Below are positions 14,309-26,377 of a DNA stretch of 64,000 nt, one piece after another (position 1 is the stretch's first letter; every line of letters starts with the position of its first letter). Location of the stretch: NCBI GenBank assembly GCA_964035545.1, contig OZ037766.1, forward strand, positions 5,880,722-5,944,721. The letters are read 5' to 3'. The position numbers were made by a program, and so were the translations under genes. The DNA is from Bugula neritina. Taxonomy: Eukaryota > Animalia > Bryozoa. The notes below the pieces were generated by a model. It made no database searches. It was not told where the DNA came from and was given only the letters and a program-made list of their open reading frames with translations.

Positions 14309-17300
14309 ATGGCTGAAAAGGGTGAGGAAGATATTAACACGGACAACAATACTGCTGAGTCTGGAGAGACTGAAAATGACAACAATGAAGCCAAACCTGC
14401 ACCAGGAACTCGACAGGCACCCCTCACCTCTCAATCTGTTGATACTTCAAGTGGAATTATTGATCATGCAGAATATTTTGATAACAGACCAGAAATGACA
14501 ACTGATTTGAATCCTTTAAATGAAGCACTTTTATTGGGGTATCAAAAACAAGCTGAGAATAGAAGAAGGTTTGAACCTGAAGATTTGCAGGTTGAGCTTT
14601 CTGCAAGTACTATAAGTAGCACGCCTGAATTCCAAACCTCCCATCTGTCTAGAAGGCACATAGACCCTACTTCGCAAGGCAATAATAGTGCTGAAGCTGC
14701 AGAACAAGCTCACCTTACGCATGATGACTTGGGTCGTGTGGATCCAGCAGATGTCGTGCTTTCTATGACAGAGCTGTCAATCTCAGAAGAACCTACAGAA
14801 CCAGATGTTGGTCAGTCAGAGGATTACACTCCAGCTGATGTGCAGACTCCGCCTACACCACCACAACCAGCTGATGAGCACACAGCACCAACAACTCTAA
14901 CAGAAGAGGTTTTGCATGCACCATCCCACTTTGATATATTGTCGGCAAATGAAGAATCTTTACCAGCGACAACAGAAGCATCTGTTAGAGGCAGCAGACT
15001 GACTCACCCAGGAGATGAAGGTGATTGGGATCTCCCAACAGATCCTATTCAACCTGAATCAGTGAGTGTTGTTTTAGTCCTTAGTTTCCTACTTTTATGA
15101 ACTGCCAGTCTACATAATTGTATCAGGTTTGTGACAGTGTCTGGGTAACTTAGATTGTGATTGTCTATCTATTAGCCAACTTGGCAACAGGTTCATAAGT
15201 TTATTGACTATCGAACCTGTTGCCAAATTGGCTAATGGATAAAGACAATCACAATCTAAGTCACCTAGACACTGTCACAAACCTGATACAGTACCAAAAT
15301 TGATGCACAGATCAGATTCTTTGTCATCCAAAATGTCTAAACCGGTGGTCTAGATTCAGAGTGTAAATGTTAGAGTATAAAGTTGTGTGTTCGTATAATA
15401 TCGTAGCAAATGTATTAAGCCTTCAGTTGAAAAAGGGAAGTTAATAAATGTTCATCTGCAGCTGCTTGATCTGAACACACTGACCTGTGCTGTGCTGAGG
15501 ACAGTGAATTGTCGTAACAGCACTGCTAGCTAAGAATAGCTTTTGATGAATGTATTAAAATAAAGCAAGAAAGCTTTAACGATTGGTGGCATACTAATAC
15601 AATAATATAACATTGACCAAGTTCCAAAACATTATTTGAAATCTGTTCCTCATGGTTATTGTGATGAAACTTGTAATTTAAAACTTAAAATATCTGAGTT
15701 ATTATGACTTTGTGCTAATAAAAATTATGATTTAAAATTTAGAATCAGACATTCCTTATTCTACTATTTTTGCTCTGTGCAGAACATATAACTTGATTAT
15801 TATTTCTCTAGCTTCTCTTCATTGATGACAGAGGAAGCCTACAAATATATGACCGCAAGATTGAGGTAAGGTGCATAGAATAAACTATATGAACAGACAA
15901 GTTTTCAATCAAACTGCTCTCACCAAGCAACTGACCGTTACATAAAACAACATTTTTTTTAATTATCTGCTCACAACGAGCTAGGTGCAGTAAAGGAGAA
16001 ATTAAGAAAAGCTTGTGTTCTAGATTAGAAATGTAGCAAAACAAGTTATGTTCTCGCAAGAATTTCAATGATTTAATAATTGACAAACTTGGGCTATCTC
16101 AATTTCTCCACTACTGCTCCTAAATGCTCACAGCTAATTTTATATAAATAATCCTATTGTTTATTGAAGCTGCCCTACTATAATAGGTGCTATTAACTAA
16201 TATAAATCAAAATTTTAGTACTTTCAGGCTACTTACTATTGTATTTGAATGATTGTGGCAATATTGTGGTTGTATTCTGACAGGCTGGGCAATAGATTCA
16301 GGTACTAGGAGAGCCCTAAGCTCAAATCTTGCATATAAGTCAATCTCTTACCCCACCAATAAATAAAGAATTTAAATTTTGTGATGATATCATAGTTCTA
16401 GCTTTAGGTTACACATAACAGGCAAAATGATTAATGTTGAAGTTGGTATAATAGTATGTAGCTAGTTAGATGAGCATACTAGCTAGCGTTAGTGTTAGCT
16501 GTTGCATACCATGAATGATTCAACACGGATGTTTCTGGGTAGTTTTAATATTACTTTTTAACAATATTATCCAAGATTATTATAACAACTGGCTATAGCA
16601 GCTTGCTCAAGTGTTTACGAAAGCAAGATCATGTATATTGCAAGAATGCATCATCTTCCATAGTATATTTTTCTCATTTCTTCCATTAATAATTAATTAC
16701 TCATTTTTATTACATTTCAAGTATAGTGTCAGCCTCATACTATTACCAAAGTAAACTTTTATCTTGCTGGTGTACATTGTGCTTGATACAAAGGGGTATT
16801 TAATCTAGTGGCATGCAGAAGAGGTGCCAGAAAGTGAGCAGATTGCTCAGATGATTGAAAAATTGATCCGCACATTCCACACACAACCAAGTTACAGAGA
16901 GGAGCTCAAGAAGATGCTTGGAGATGCCCAAACTGACAACATAGTGAGTTTTCTAAAGCTTACATTTACTACAATGAATATTTTAATACAATGCAATAGG
17001 TTATATGTCCAATCCAGCCACCAGGGCAGGACCGCAGGAAAGGTGATCAAGAAGTTATACGTATTATATGTGATTCGAGCTGACATTGTATCTACTAATA
17101 GATGGAAACTTCTGTTTCTTCTTTATCCTTTGATCCCAGAAATCACGTGTTCATATTATTTCTAAATTTTGGTGCCTTGATGTAGACCTACAACTTATGG
17201 CAGTCATGTCTACAATGCCAATCACATCGTCTTTCAATGAGAATACCAAATGCTCAGTAGTTTGATGGATTAGTAATTACTGTAATACCTTGAGAGTTAT

Positions 17301-18465
17301 GCTCATTGGTTTAGTGAGATAATCCCTGTAGTCATATTTATATTTGATAAATTTTTTGCAGTGTATATATATATATTTTTTCATAACCAAGATATATTGC
17401 CAATTAATGTCTTTGAATGCATTAAAACCACATGGTTTTTAACTTTTCCAGTGCATGATGAGAGCCATTTTATGTAAATTATCTGTTGATACCGTACTCC
17501 ATTACCAATTGTCACAGCATGGTTTTTATTCTTTTAGTGGCCGGATATTCCTGACAACACAGATGCCACCATCCCACCTGATGCCAGAGATTACTTTGAA
17601 AATTTCAAGCTAGATCTGGTAGACTTAGGAGAAATGCATCTAACCAGTAGTGTAGAAGAGGCTCAGAATGCCCTCTCATTGCTCTGTTCTAATCATGCCT
17701 CTTTGTCCATTGGCTGCTTAACTGGAAAGTTGTCTTTTCCCAACAAGTCCTTCGGTTGTTTTCTTGCCAACTTTGTTAGCGGTAAATTATCTATAGACCT
17801 TAAGAGAGCTGTCTTTTCAAAAACTTTTTTCCGTAATATTAAATGCCCATCAGAATTGAGAATTGGTTGCATCAGAGAAATCTCTCTTGAAGAACAGAGA
17901 TTGGCTGAAAGAGTGCTGAAGATGTTAATCAAACAACATCTCAGAGTACAAGTTTTTCTGCCATATAAATCTATTTCTGAATGCATAAGTAAGGGAGGGT
18001 TAGGTGAACTGCCTATCAGTATATCCACGATGCCCATAGAGCAACCAGAAACAGACAAAAGTCATCTCATCAAAAAGTTGAGAACAGAATTGGATGCGGA
18101 TACGGAATTGAAAGGAGTTTTTTCTCTTTGCTATCCAGGTGAGTAAAAGTTGTAAAATATCTAAGTAGAAGTACAATATATAAAAACAAGGTGGCTACAT
18201 CAGAAATATGGCCACTACACCACGGCTGCTACACACACACACACGCACACACGCACACACGCACACACGCACACACGCACACACGCACACACGCATGCAC
18301 ACACGCACATGCATGCACACACATGCATGCACACACATGCATGCACACACACACACACACTCACACACACACTCACACACACACTCATACACACTCACAC
18401 ACACACTCACATACACACACTCACACACACACTCATACACACTCATACACACTCACACACACACT

Positions 18466-18503
<38 letters not shown>

Positions 18504-21382
18504 CGCATGCAAACACACCCATGTATGCACACACACGCATGCACACACACATGCATGCACACACACACACACTCACACACACACACACTCATACACACTC
18601 ATACACACTCACACACACACACTCACATACACACACACTCACACTCACACACACACTCACTCACTCACTCTCACACACACACACTCACGAACACTCACGC
18701 ACACCCACGCACACTCACACACACTCACACACACTCACGAACACTCACGCACACTCACACACACTCACACACACTCACGCACACTCACGCCCACTCACAC
18801 ACACTCACACATACTGCACACTCACACGCATGTTATAACATAGTTATATATCAGGTGTGTCAAACCTTATCGAGGTGAGGGCCACATTGTAAAATTTAGC
18901 TTGTACTGGAAGCCACAGCACCAGTGACTTTTAACCTACTTTATTCCAAACTCCTATAAAGCATAACACAATGAAGTCCCAATAATTAGTGCAGGTTTTA
19001 TGTTTCTTTAGCATATATAAGAATAAGATATTAAAAGAGTTTTTTTTTCACGCTAATTTATATGTGTACAAAATAATTGTATTTGCTATGGCTTTGGGGG
19101 CCACATAAAATGTGAATGTAAGCTGGAGACCGCATCTGGCACTGGGGCCGCCTGTTGGACAGCCCTGTTATATACACCACCTGACTCTTGAGTCTTAAAT
19201 TACATGATATTTCATATGTCTATACATGTCATATGCAACTTGAAGAGATTATAAAATCCGGTAAAATACATAATTATTAGCAAAAGCTTACTTATATTTT
19301 TTCAGATCCTGATGCTTTGGAGAGCGACTTTAACGTATTTGACAAGGTAATTGTATATTACTATACAGTATACATAACATTAAATGTGCTATCTAACAAA
19401 AGGAATACATGCTATAATAATGTACATGTAATATTGTTAATTGTAAATGCAACAATAAGTCAACATTTTTTTAAAAAATTCGCTAGTTTAGGCAAAACAA
19501 TATTTAAACTATCCAATACGTTCTCAAAACTTTGACAGTATTAAATGATGTTAAATAGCGTGTTATGCTTATAAGTGGCTTATTTAATTCCTATTCTGTC
19601 AACTTCTTTTAGCTATATAAATATAAAGAAATACTAAACTAAATTTAAACTTAATAATTAATTCTCATTAATTTTATTTAATTTATCAAATAAGGGCTCT
19701 ACTTGATCATTCAAGTAATCTATTTGTCTATTGCAGAATATTGCAGAAGCTATTTAATTATTATGCTTTTTTAGTGACTGAAGTAAATGCATAGAGACAA
19801 AAGTTTTACAAATGCAGAAATTATTTGGTGACATTATTAGTTGAATATGCAGCAATCATTCACTATCTGCATTTAAAACTACTTCGAGCCAACACTTGTA
19901 ATTTTAGAGTCAATACACATCCAATGAAAAACTTGAAAAGTTCTTCGAGTGTGGCGCTGGATGTGCTGAGCTAAAGACACGACTGAAACTATTGCCCTGC
20001 CAGCATAAAGTGTGTGGTACATGTCTGCCAAGTATAATGAAAAAAGATTCCTCAGAAAAGAAATGCTCTCGCTGTGACAGGGTAAATTCTAACTAAAACT
20101 TTAGTTAATGCAGTTCAATGCAAATTTTTTATTCAGACTTTCTTGTCAATTTGATAGCGCAATAAAGTTTTGTTAGCATTGAGACATTTCCATGAAAAAT
20201 AAAGTTGTTTTTAGGCATCTCCATTCTCAGTAAAACTGAAAATTTGTAAGTTAGCAGGTATCTGCTTCAGTCCTATTGAGTATCTAGATCAAATGTGGCA
20301 TCACAATATCGGTTTCGTGGCAGTAGGTTTTGATGACTGAAGCATTTAATTGTGAACTTCACACGATAGTGATGTTAAGCTGATCCAAATCTCATTCGTA
20401 ATTTATAGTCTAATATGGATACATAATATGTAATAAAATACCAGCTGTTTTGACTTGCTTGTTTAAGTATTTTTTACAGTTTCACACATTGCAATTATAA
20501 TTGTTCTAGGAATATGAAAAAGAAGTTCATAAGCATGTTATTCGCTGCCCACTTTGCTCAAAGGTAAAACATTTTACACAACATTCTATAAAATTTTATG
20601 TAGCCTACGGTATAAGTTCTACACGTGCTAATAATGTATATTATGGAATCCAACAAATCATCATTTAAGCTTGTTCCTTTTTTACTTCAACTATGCTTTA
20701 TAAAAAAGTGGGTTGTGAAAAAGTGTAAGTCAAGATTTTTTCATGCAGGAACATGATGTGAGAGGAGGGTTTGAAGATTGCCAACACTCATTAGCCATTG
20801 CTGATGTCATTAATCACCCTACTTACAAACAGCTTAAGGCAACGAAACCCAAGCAACAACCCAAAAAACAGGTAAGATAGATAAAACTAAGACAGATAGC
20901 ATTAGTCTAGTAAAACTGTTGCAGTATAAAATAAGGCGCAATTCATAGAATCAAACGTTAGCCTTATATTTTATGATGTAAAACAACTTTGATTTGCTTT
21001 ATGTAGGTTGAACAAGTTCTATCTTCTTAAGCAAGTGAAGTTATATAAAAATTTAATTTATAACATTAGAGTAACTGCATGAATAAATTACAAAAGAATG
21101 GGTTTAGTGTTTATATCTGCCTATTTTATTTCCATTTTACACCTTGAAATAACACATTTTAGTTTTAATTATAAAAATATTTTTAACATGGCATGCTATA
21201 TTGGCTGGCCCAGTTTCAATGCAGTTGGTCTAAAAGTAATTGCCTTCTTCATAGAAGTAGTGGATTAATTCATCTTGGAAAAAATAATAATCAGTGTTTT
21301 GAAGGTAAAGTTACCCCAATGGAGCTCTAGTGTAGGTGATGATGTGATAGTGCTTTTATCAAGATTCTGTTATATTTCACTT

Positions 21383-21453
<71 letters not shown>

Positions 21454-24400
21454 TAGAACAAGCTTAATTAAACTGCTAAATTGCCTAAAAAACTGTTATG
21501 CCGCATAAAAAGTTATTTTTTAGCCAACTATATAACCAAAAAATATTGTGAGGCTGTTAACATCATATTCTATTTTGTGCCTTATATTGGCATGAGTATA
21601 GTTAAAGTATCACATTGCTTCTATTAGTCTTGCTTGATTATATGTAAATAATAATAAACAGCACCTTGTTTTAAAGAATATCAGAAGCTCAGGCAATCTG
21701 TCCGCTGATAATAACCCAAAACCCTTTGATGTAAAAAGCAATGATGATAGTTCGGACATGGCTGCCCAGAAAAGCATGTTGAGAGAAGCATTTGGTGTTC
21801 TTTCAAATGCCTCCAAAAACTGTGAGTATTACCTGTGGGTTGAAAACTAGCTATTGAGTGGCACATGTATCTAAACATAGGTGAATGTTTAGATGTTACC
21901 AGGTGTATACAAAAAACCAAGTAAATATTTATATATTACCAACAACTGTCCATCTGTGAAATCACCTATAATTAATTATAATAATGGGTTGAAAGACTGG
22001 AGAGTAGATATATGATAGATACACTATACATATTAGGCTATAGTTTGTTTTAGAGCTTTGACAGTTTTCATTTTATGATTATAAAATTTCTAGTTTGAAA
22101 TATTGCAGTGAAAAATGGTGAACATTTTTTGAAATGTTTCAGTGTTACTGGACAGAATCTTCGTAGGAGACTTTGTTGAACTTAAAGACAAAGAGGTTAA
22201 GATTGGTGAAAGCAAAGAAGTTGGAGTTGTGACTTATGTGGATGATTATACTGATGTAAGATGTTTTTAGTTATTTTAAAAATATTTGAACATATTTTAA
22301 TCATTGTACAGCTCACAAAACACCACTACTTAAGGCATTGAATTTATTGATTTTTATCCCTATTGGCTTTCACAGTTGCTTGTCAATAAAGTACGTAATT
22401 ATCATGCCTGTTTCTTTATGTAAATGGGCTAATTTACATCACAATGATACAACTCATATATTCTTTAACAAACTATTAACTTTTTGCATAGCACTATAAC
22501 AAGCAGGATGGTTGCATTTTAAACTTTTAAACATTAGTGAACTGATTAATAATTATCATCGTGTTTGTTGATGTGAATGGGCTAATTTACATCATAATGA
22601 CATATCTAAGATATAATGCCTATTTTGATAAATAAAATTATTCTAAACAAGAAGGGTATGTTTAAAACTTTCTAGTCCATAAGGTCAAAAAGTTCCTTTA
22701 AAAGCTTCCTTGTTTTGCAGACTGTAGAGGTAGTTTTTCCTTCAGTTTCTGGTTGGCATGGAAACATTAGTGACTTGACACTCAGCTCTGACAGTTCAGA
22801 TCTACCTGTGAAAGGAGATGTTGTGAAGTTTGTAGATGACACTAACCCAGAGAAACCAGTGCATGGGTATAAATATATTTCACAAACAATGAAATAGTAA
22901 CAAATTCTTTGGGTTAAACTATTATACAGCAAGGTTCATCTTTATGGTGTACAATTGTAGTCTTGAGGTGCGAAACCACATTGCATTATCCACTTGCTGA
23001 ATAATGCAATGTGGTTTGAACAACTCATTTAAATACTGAAAAGAATATTGGGCATACCCAGTGCATGTGCTGATGACTTGGTGTATAATTAAAGTAAGCA
23101 ATTCTATGCAAAAAATTTCCTAGTAACAGTAATTTAGAAGGGAATGAATGAATTTTAGCACTGGAATTCTTAGTGGATGGCCAAAGTTTTTGGATGAAGA
23201 TAGTGCAGAAAGGATTTGTGAAATACAAGTGTTAGTAGAAAATGGTGTACCAATTAAAAAAGGTGGTCAAGTATTTCCTACGATTTCGGTTTCATACAGA
23301 AATATTAAGCAAGAATCATCTCTGCAGGTGACAGCTTTTTTGTAGCTACTAATAAATGTGCATGTATTAAAAATAACATCCTAAAAATCTTGCCAGTGCT
23401 TATATTATTATTATATTATATTATATTATATGCTTATATTATTTCTTGCATGTCTGTTACCAGTTTTGTCCTTCATTAGTACTAACTACTAAAGTATTCT
23501 CACATGCACAGGTTAGCACATAGCACTAATTAAATGACAAACCTCATCTATAATTCAAGTTTTTGTGAATATAAACCTTGGTTGTTAGTGGCGGGGGGGG
23601 GGGGGGGGGGTTGTTGATGCAAAACCACTGCATGTAGTACCTTAGGGGTGTTTTCATTTTACAGTTTTTGTTAGTTTATCTTCACGATTTATTTCAAGGT
23701 GCTTCTTATCCATGTTTATGTAGAATTTCTGCTTCTACTTAAAATTAAATCACAGACTTCTAAATTGTAAGCTAACATGTTAATCAGTACACTGCAATCT
23801 GGGCTGCGTTCTACCCAGTTCTTCAGAACTCCACTGGCTCCCCAATGGTTTAGGAGTATAGTACCTCACATCTCTCAGGGCTGAAAATAGCTTGCAAAAT
23901 AACTGCTCCCACTAGGAATTGAACTTCAAACTTGCAGACCATAGTGCTACACACTAGAAATTTTTATATACCTAACACGCTAGAAATTTTTTCCACCCAC
24001 TGGGATTTGAACCCGAGACCTCTGGCTAACCACTACGCCACAAGGGGAGGGAGAGGGGGACCACTGGGTGAACTCAACACTACATACGCTATGAGGGCTA
24101 CTTTTGAATCACAACACCCAAGTTTAACACTTTTCATCACCATTTCTCTAATCTTCTTTCACTATGGAGTAAACAGTATTCTTGGTATTCTTCGAGTTTA
24201 CTAGATTCATTATAATTAAGTCACTTAACTACAAAATATGAAACAAGCTTTTAACACTTGGTTACCTCAATTTACATTAATCTTAATCAATAATAGTTTT
24301 AATTTTTGCTCGGAGTCACCAGTATCTCATTCGTAAACATCTAAACTAAACTTGCTTTAGTTAGTAATATGCTATATAGTTATTTACTTTTTTTGCTAGT

Positions 24401-26377
24401 ACTTTATCTTCTTTGTTATAAAACTGTTCTAAGACTACAGCTTTCGTGCCTTTTACTAAAATTTAATTGAAATGGCTAGATTGGCGAAAGAGTGCTGGTG
24501 AGAAATGAGATAAATAATGAATATGATAAAGGAACTATCATTAGCTTGGATACAGAAACAGACTCTGTAGTTATTCAGTTATGGGAAAATGGTGAAGAAG
24601 TTTCAGCGAGGTATAATAATGTTGAGAGAGACAGACCTCTGCAAGCTGGAGATTTTGTCATGGTATGTTGAGTTATATCAATTTGACAGCTCCAAAAAAT
24701 ATAAATGTGTACATTATCTCCATATTTGTAGCTTCAGTATTGGTCATAGTCCATCATCAGCTATTTTTAAGATATTATTTCAGTGTCCAATAGCAAATTA
24801 ATGTGAAGAAAGTTTTAATTAATAGTCAAACACTTCACAAAAATGATATAGTTTATAGAATAAATTGAGACTGAAAGGAATGCAAAGCAGTCCTAGCATA
24901 AGAAAACACCAGTCTTAAATTGTTAGCTATTATCTTGCAGGCTCTAACTAACAGTTAGGTGTCAACTTGTTAAATGTCTTAGTATACTCGTGTTTTAGTA
25001 ATGCTGCTAAAGTTACAGGCATCATGTAATGAAAGTAAAATATCATGGTGATAATTACACTTCTACTTGACCCAATTGCTTTATGTCGTTAATGTAAAAC
25101 TGTAATGGACTTGCTTTATTTCATGCTACTTAATATTTTTCACTTTATATAGATTAATGGAACTGGCCAATCATGTATTCAAGGAGATAACAATGCTGGT
25201 GGTGTAGTGTGGGCAAGAGATGGAGAATGTGGCCGAGTTGTGAGAAGGATTCCAACTAGCTCAGGTGAAATATTCTATCCTTTGGATGTCTAGATAGAGA
25301 TGCCTAATGTACATCTGTAGATTAGAGGCCTATAATAACATGTCCAGACTGTATTAATTTTACTGTCAAAATGCATTCTATTTTTAAACTTTAAACCTTT
25401 ATATGCCTTCCACTTGTGTAGCTAGACCGGTACTGTACAACACCGACAAAGGTAAAAGCTAAATATAGTCAAATGTAGAAACCTCATGCTTATTATCATG
25501 GAGCTATATTTGATAACATAGCTGTCTATCTTGTTTTTTTAATGCATATATAACAATATAATCTACTTTTCAGACTACTGTGACGAGGTAGAAGTTGAGC
25601 TATTTCGACTTCCTTATCTTTCACTGACTTTCAGCTGCAAGAATATGATTCAAATCAACCGCAGGAGAGCGTACTCCGAGCAAATGAAATACAACAGGAT
25701 TTTAAATGAATTGTATGTTCATAGATTAATTTACACAAAATCTATATTAAAATGCCACGTTAAGTGATAAATGCTGCATTGGTCACAGCTAATAATTAAG
25801 CACCCTATGCAAACAGCTAAAATCGTCTTTGCTAAAATCAAAACAGAAAACTTATAGCCCTAAGCTTTGATAACTTTATTTAGACTAATGTTATTCTATA
25901 TACCAGCTAATGGTCTCGGATTCTATATATTTTCAGTCATCTCTGGTAAGAAATTCAAAAATTGATTTAAGGCATTATATTAGTAATATTACAAAGTTTT
26001 AGCTGAAGAATTATGTCTTCATTCTGTCTTAAATTTTGCATGTGCAAAATTTAAAAATAATAATATGTAGGCTTTTTAGTAAACAAAAGTTAAGGACCAA
26101 CTTGAAGTAAATAAATATGTAGAAATAGTAGTTTGAGTTTACAGCAACACTTATAAAATAACTATTGTGGAAGATAAAAAAAAGCTCATAAATTATTAAT
26201 CTTATTGTTTCAAAGCAACATATTATTTACGGTAACAAAAACAGAGTATTATTAACATAGTGTGTCACTTTAATTGGTAGATTCTTCTTGGACCGACCAA
26301 ATCTGCTGACAGAGATAACCAGGGATGCATATCCACAGTTAGCAAGTATATCTCAGAAGAGGACCAAAGCAGAGTAA
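14309..26377 (+). CDS. Paralogue A: RING-finger protein with C-terminal Mind-bomb/KEG-type SH3-like repeats (putative E3 ubiquitin ligase, 1012 aa)
   Basis: 16 phase-compatible coding exons: 14309-15061, 15812-15865, 16809-16943, 17538-18138, 19306-19346, 19908-20081, 20510-20563, 20749-20871, 21677-21821, 22143-22255, 22721-22866, 23159-23327, 24480-24662, 25153-25264, 25574-25712, 26281-26377 (TAA). RING CGAGC-x11-CQHKVCGTC...CSRC...CPLC. Repeats begin [27 protein letters not shown] and LQAGDFVMI. Every exon has a counterpart in paralogue B. Confidence 0.88.
15119..15290. repeat. Near-perfect 172-bp palindrome (foldback element) in intron of paralogue A
   Basis: TGTATCAGGTTTGTGACAGTGTCT...AGACACTGTCACAAACCTGATACA, arms about 76 bp, loop about 16 nt. 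Absent from the equivalent introns of B and C. Confidence 0.9.
15984..16120. mobile_element. Short MITE (~137 bp), copy 1
   Basis: Imperfect TIRs GGTGCAG..GGAGAAATT / AATTTCTCC..CTGCTCC flanked by TA. Homologous copy at 55552-55690 in a non-equivalent intron. Confidence 0.65.
18229..18830. repeat. Compound CA-derived microsatellite (CACG, CATG, CACT variants)
   Basis: About 600 bp of imperfect (CA)n. It produces spurious His/Thr ORFs. Absent from the equivalent intron of B. Confidence 0.97.
18852..19167. mobile_element. hAT (Charlie/Buster-like) MITE
   Basis: Termini CAGGTGTGTCAAAC...GTTGGACAGCCCTG. 8-bp TSD TTATATAT / TTATATAC with central TA. Confidence 0.8.
21385..21448. repeat. (TA)n microsatellite
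   Basis: About 32 TA units. Confidence 0.95.

Noticed and set aside
15812-15865. Superficial similarity of [12 protein letters not shown] to the N-terminus of GBP/atlastin GTPases
   Set aside because: No P-loop or other GTPase motifs follow.
18191-18878. His/Thr-rich ORFs
   Set aside because: Compound CA repeat inside an intron, absent from paralogue B.
23900-24060. tRNA-like B-box sequences on the minus strand
   Set aside because: No complete cloverleaf; probably decayed SINE heads, not tRNA genes.
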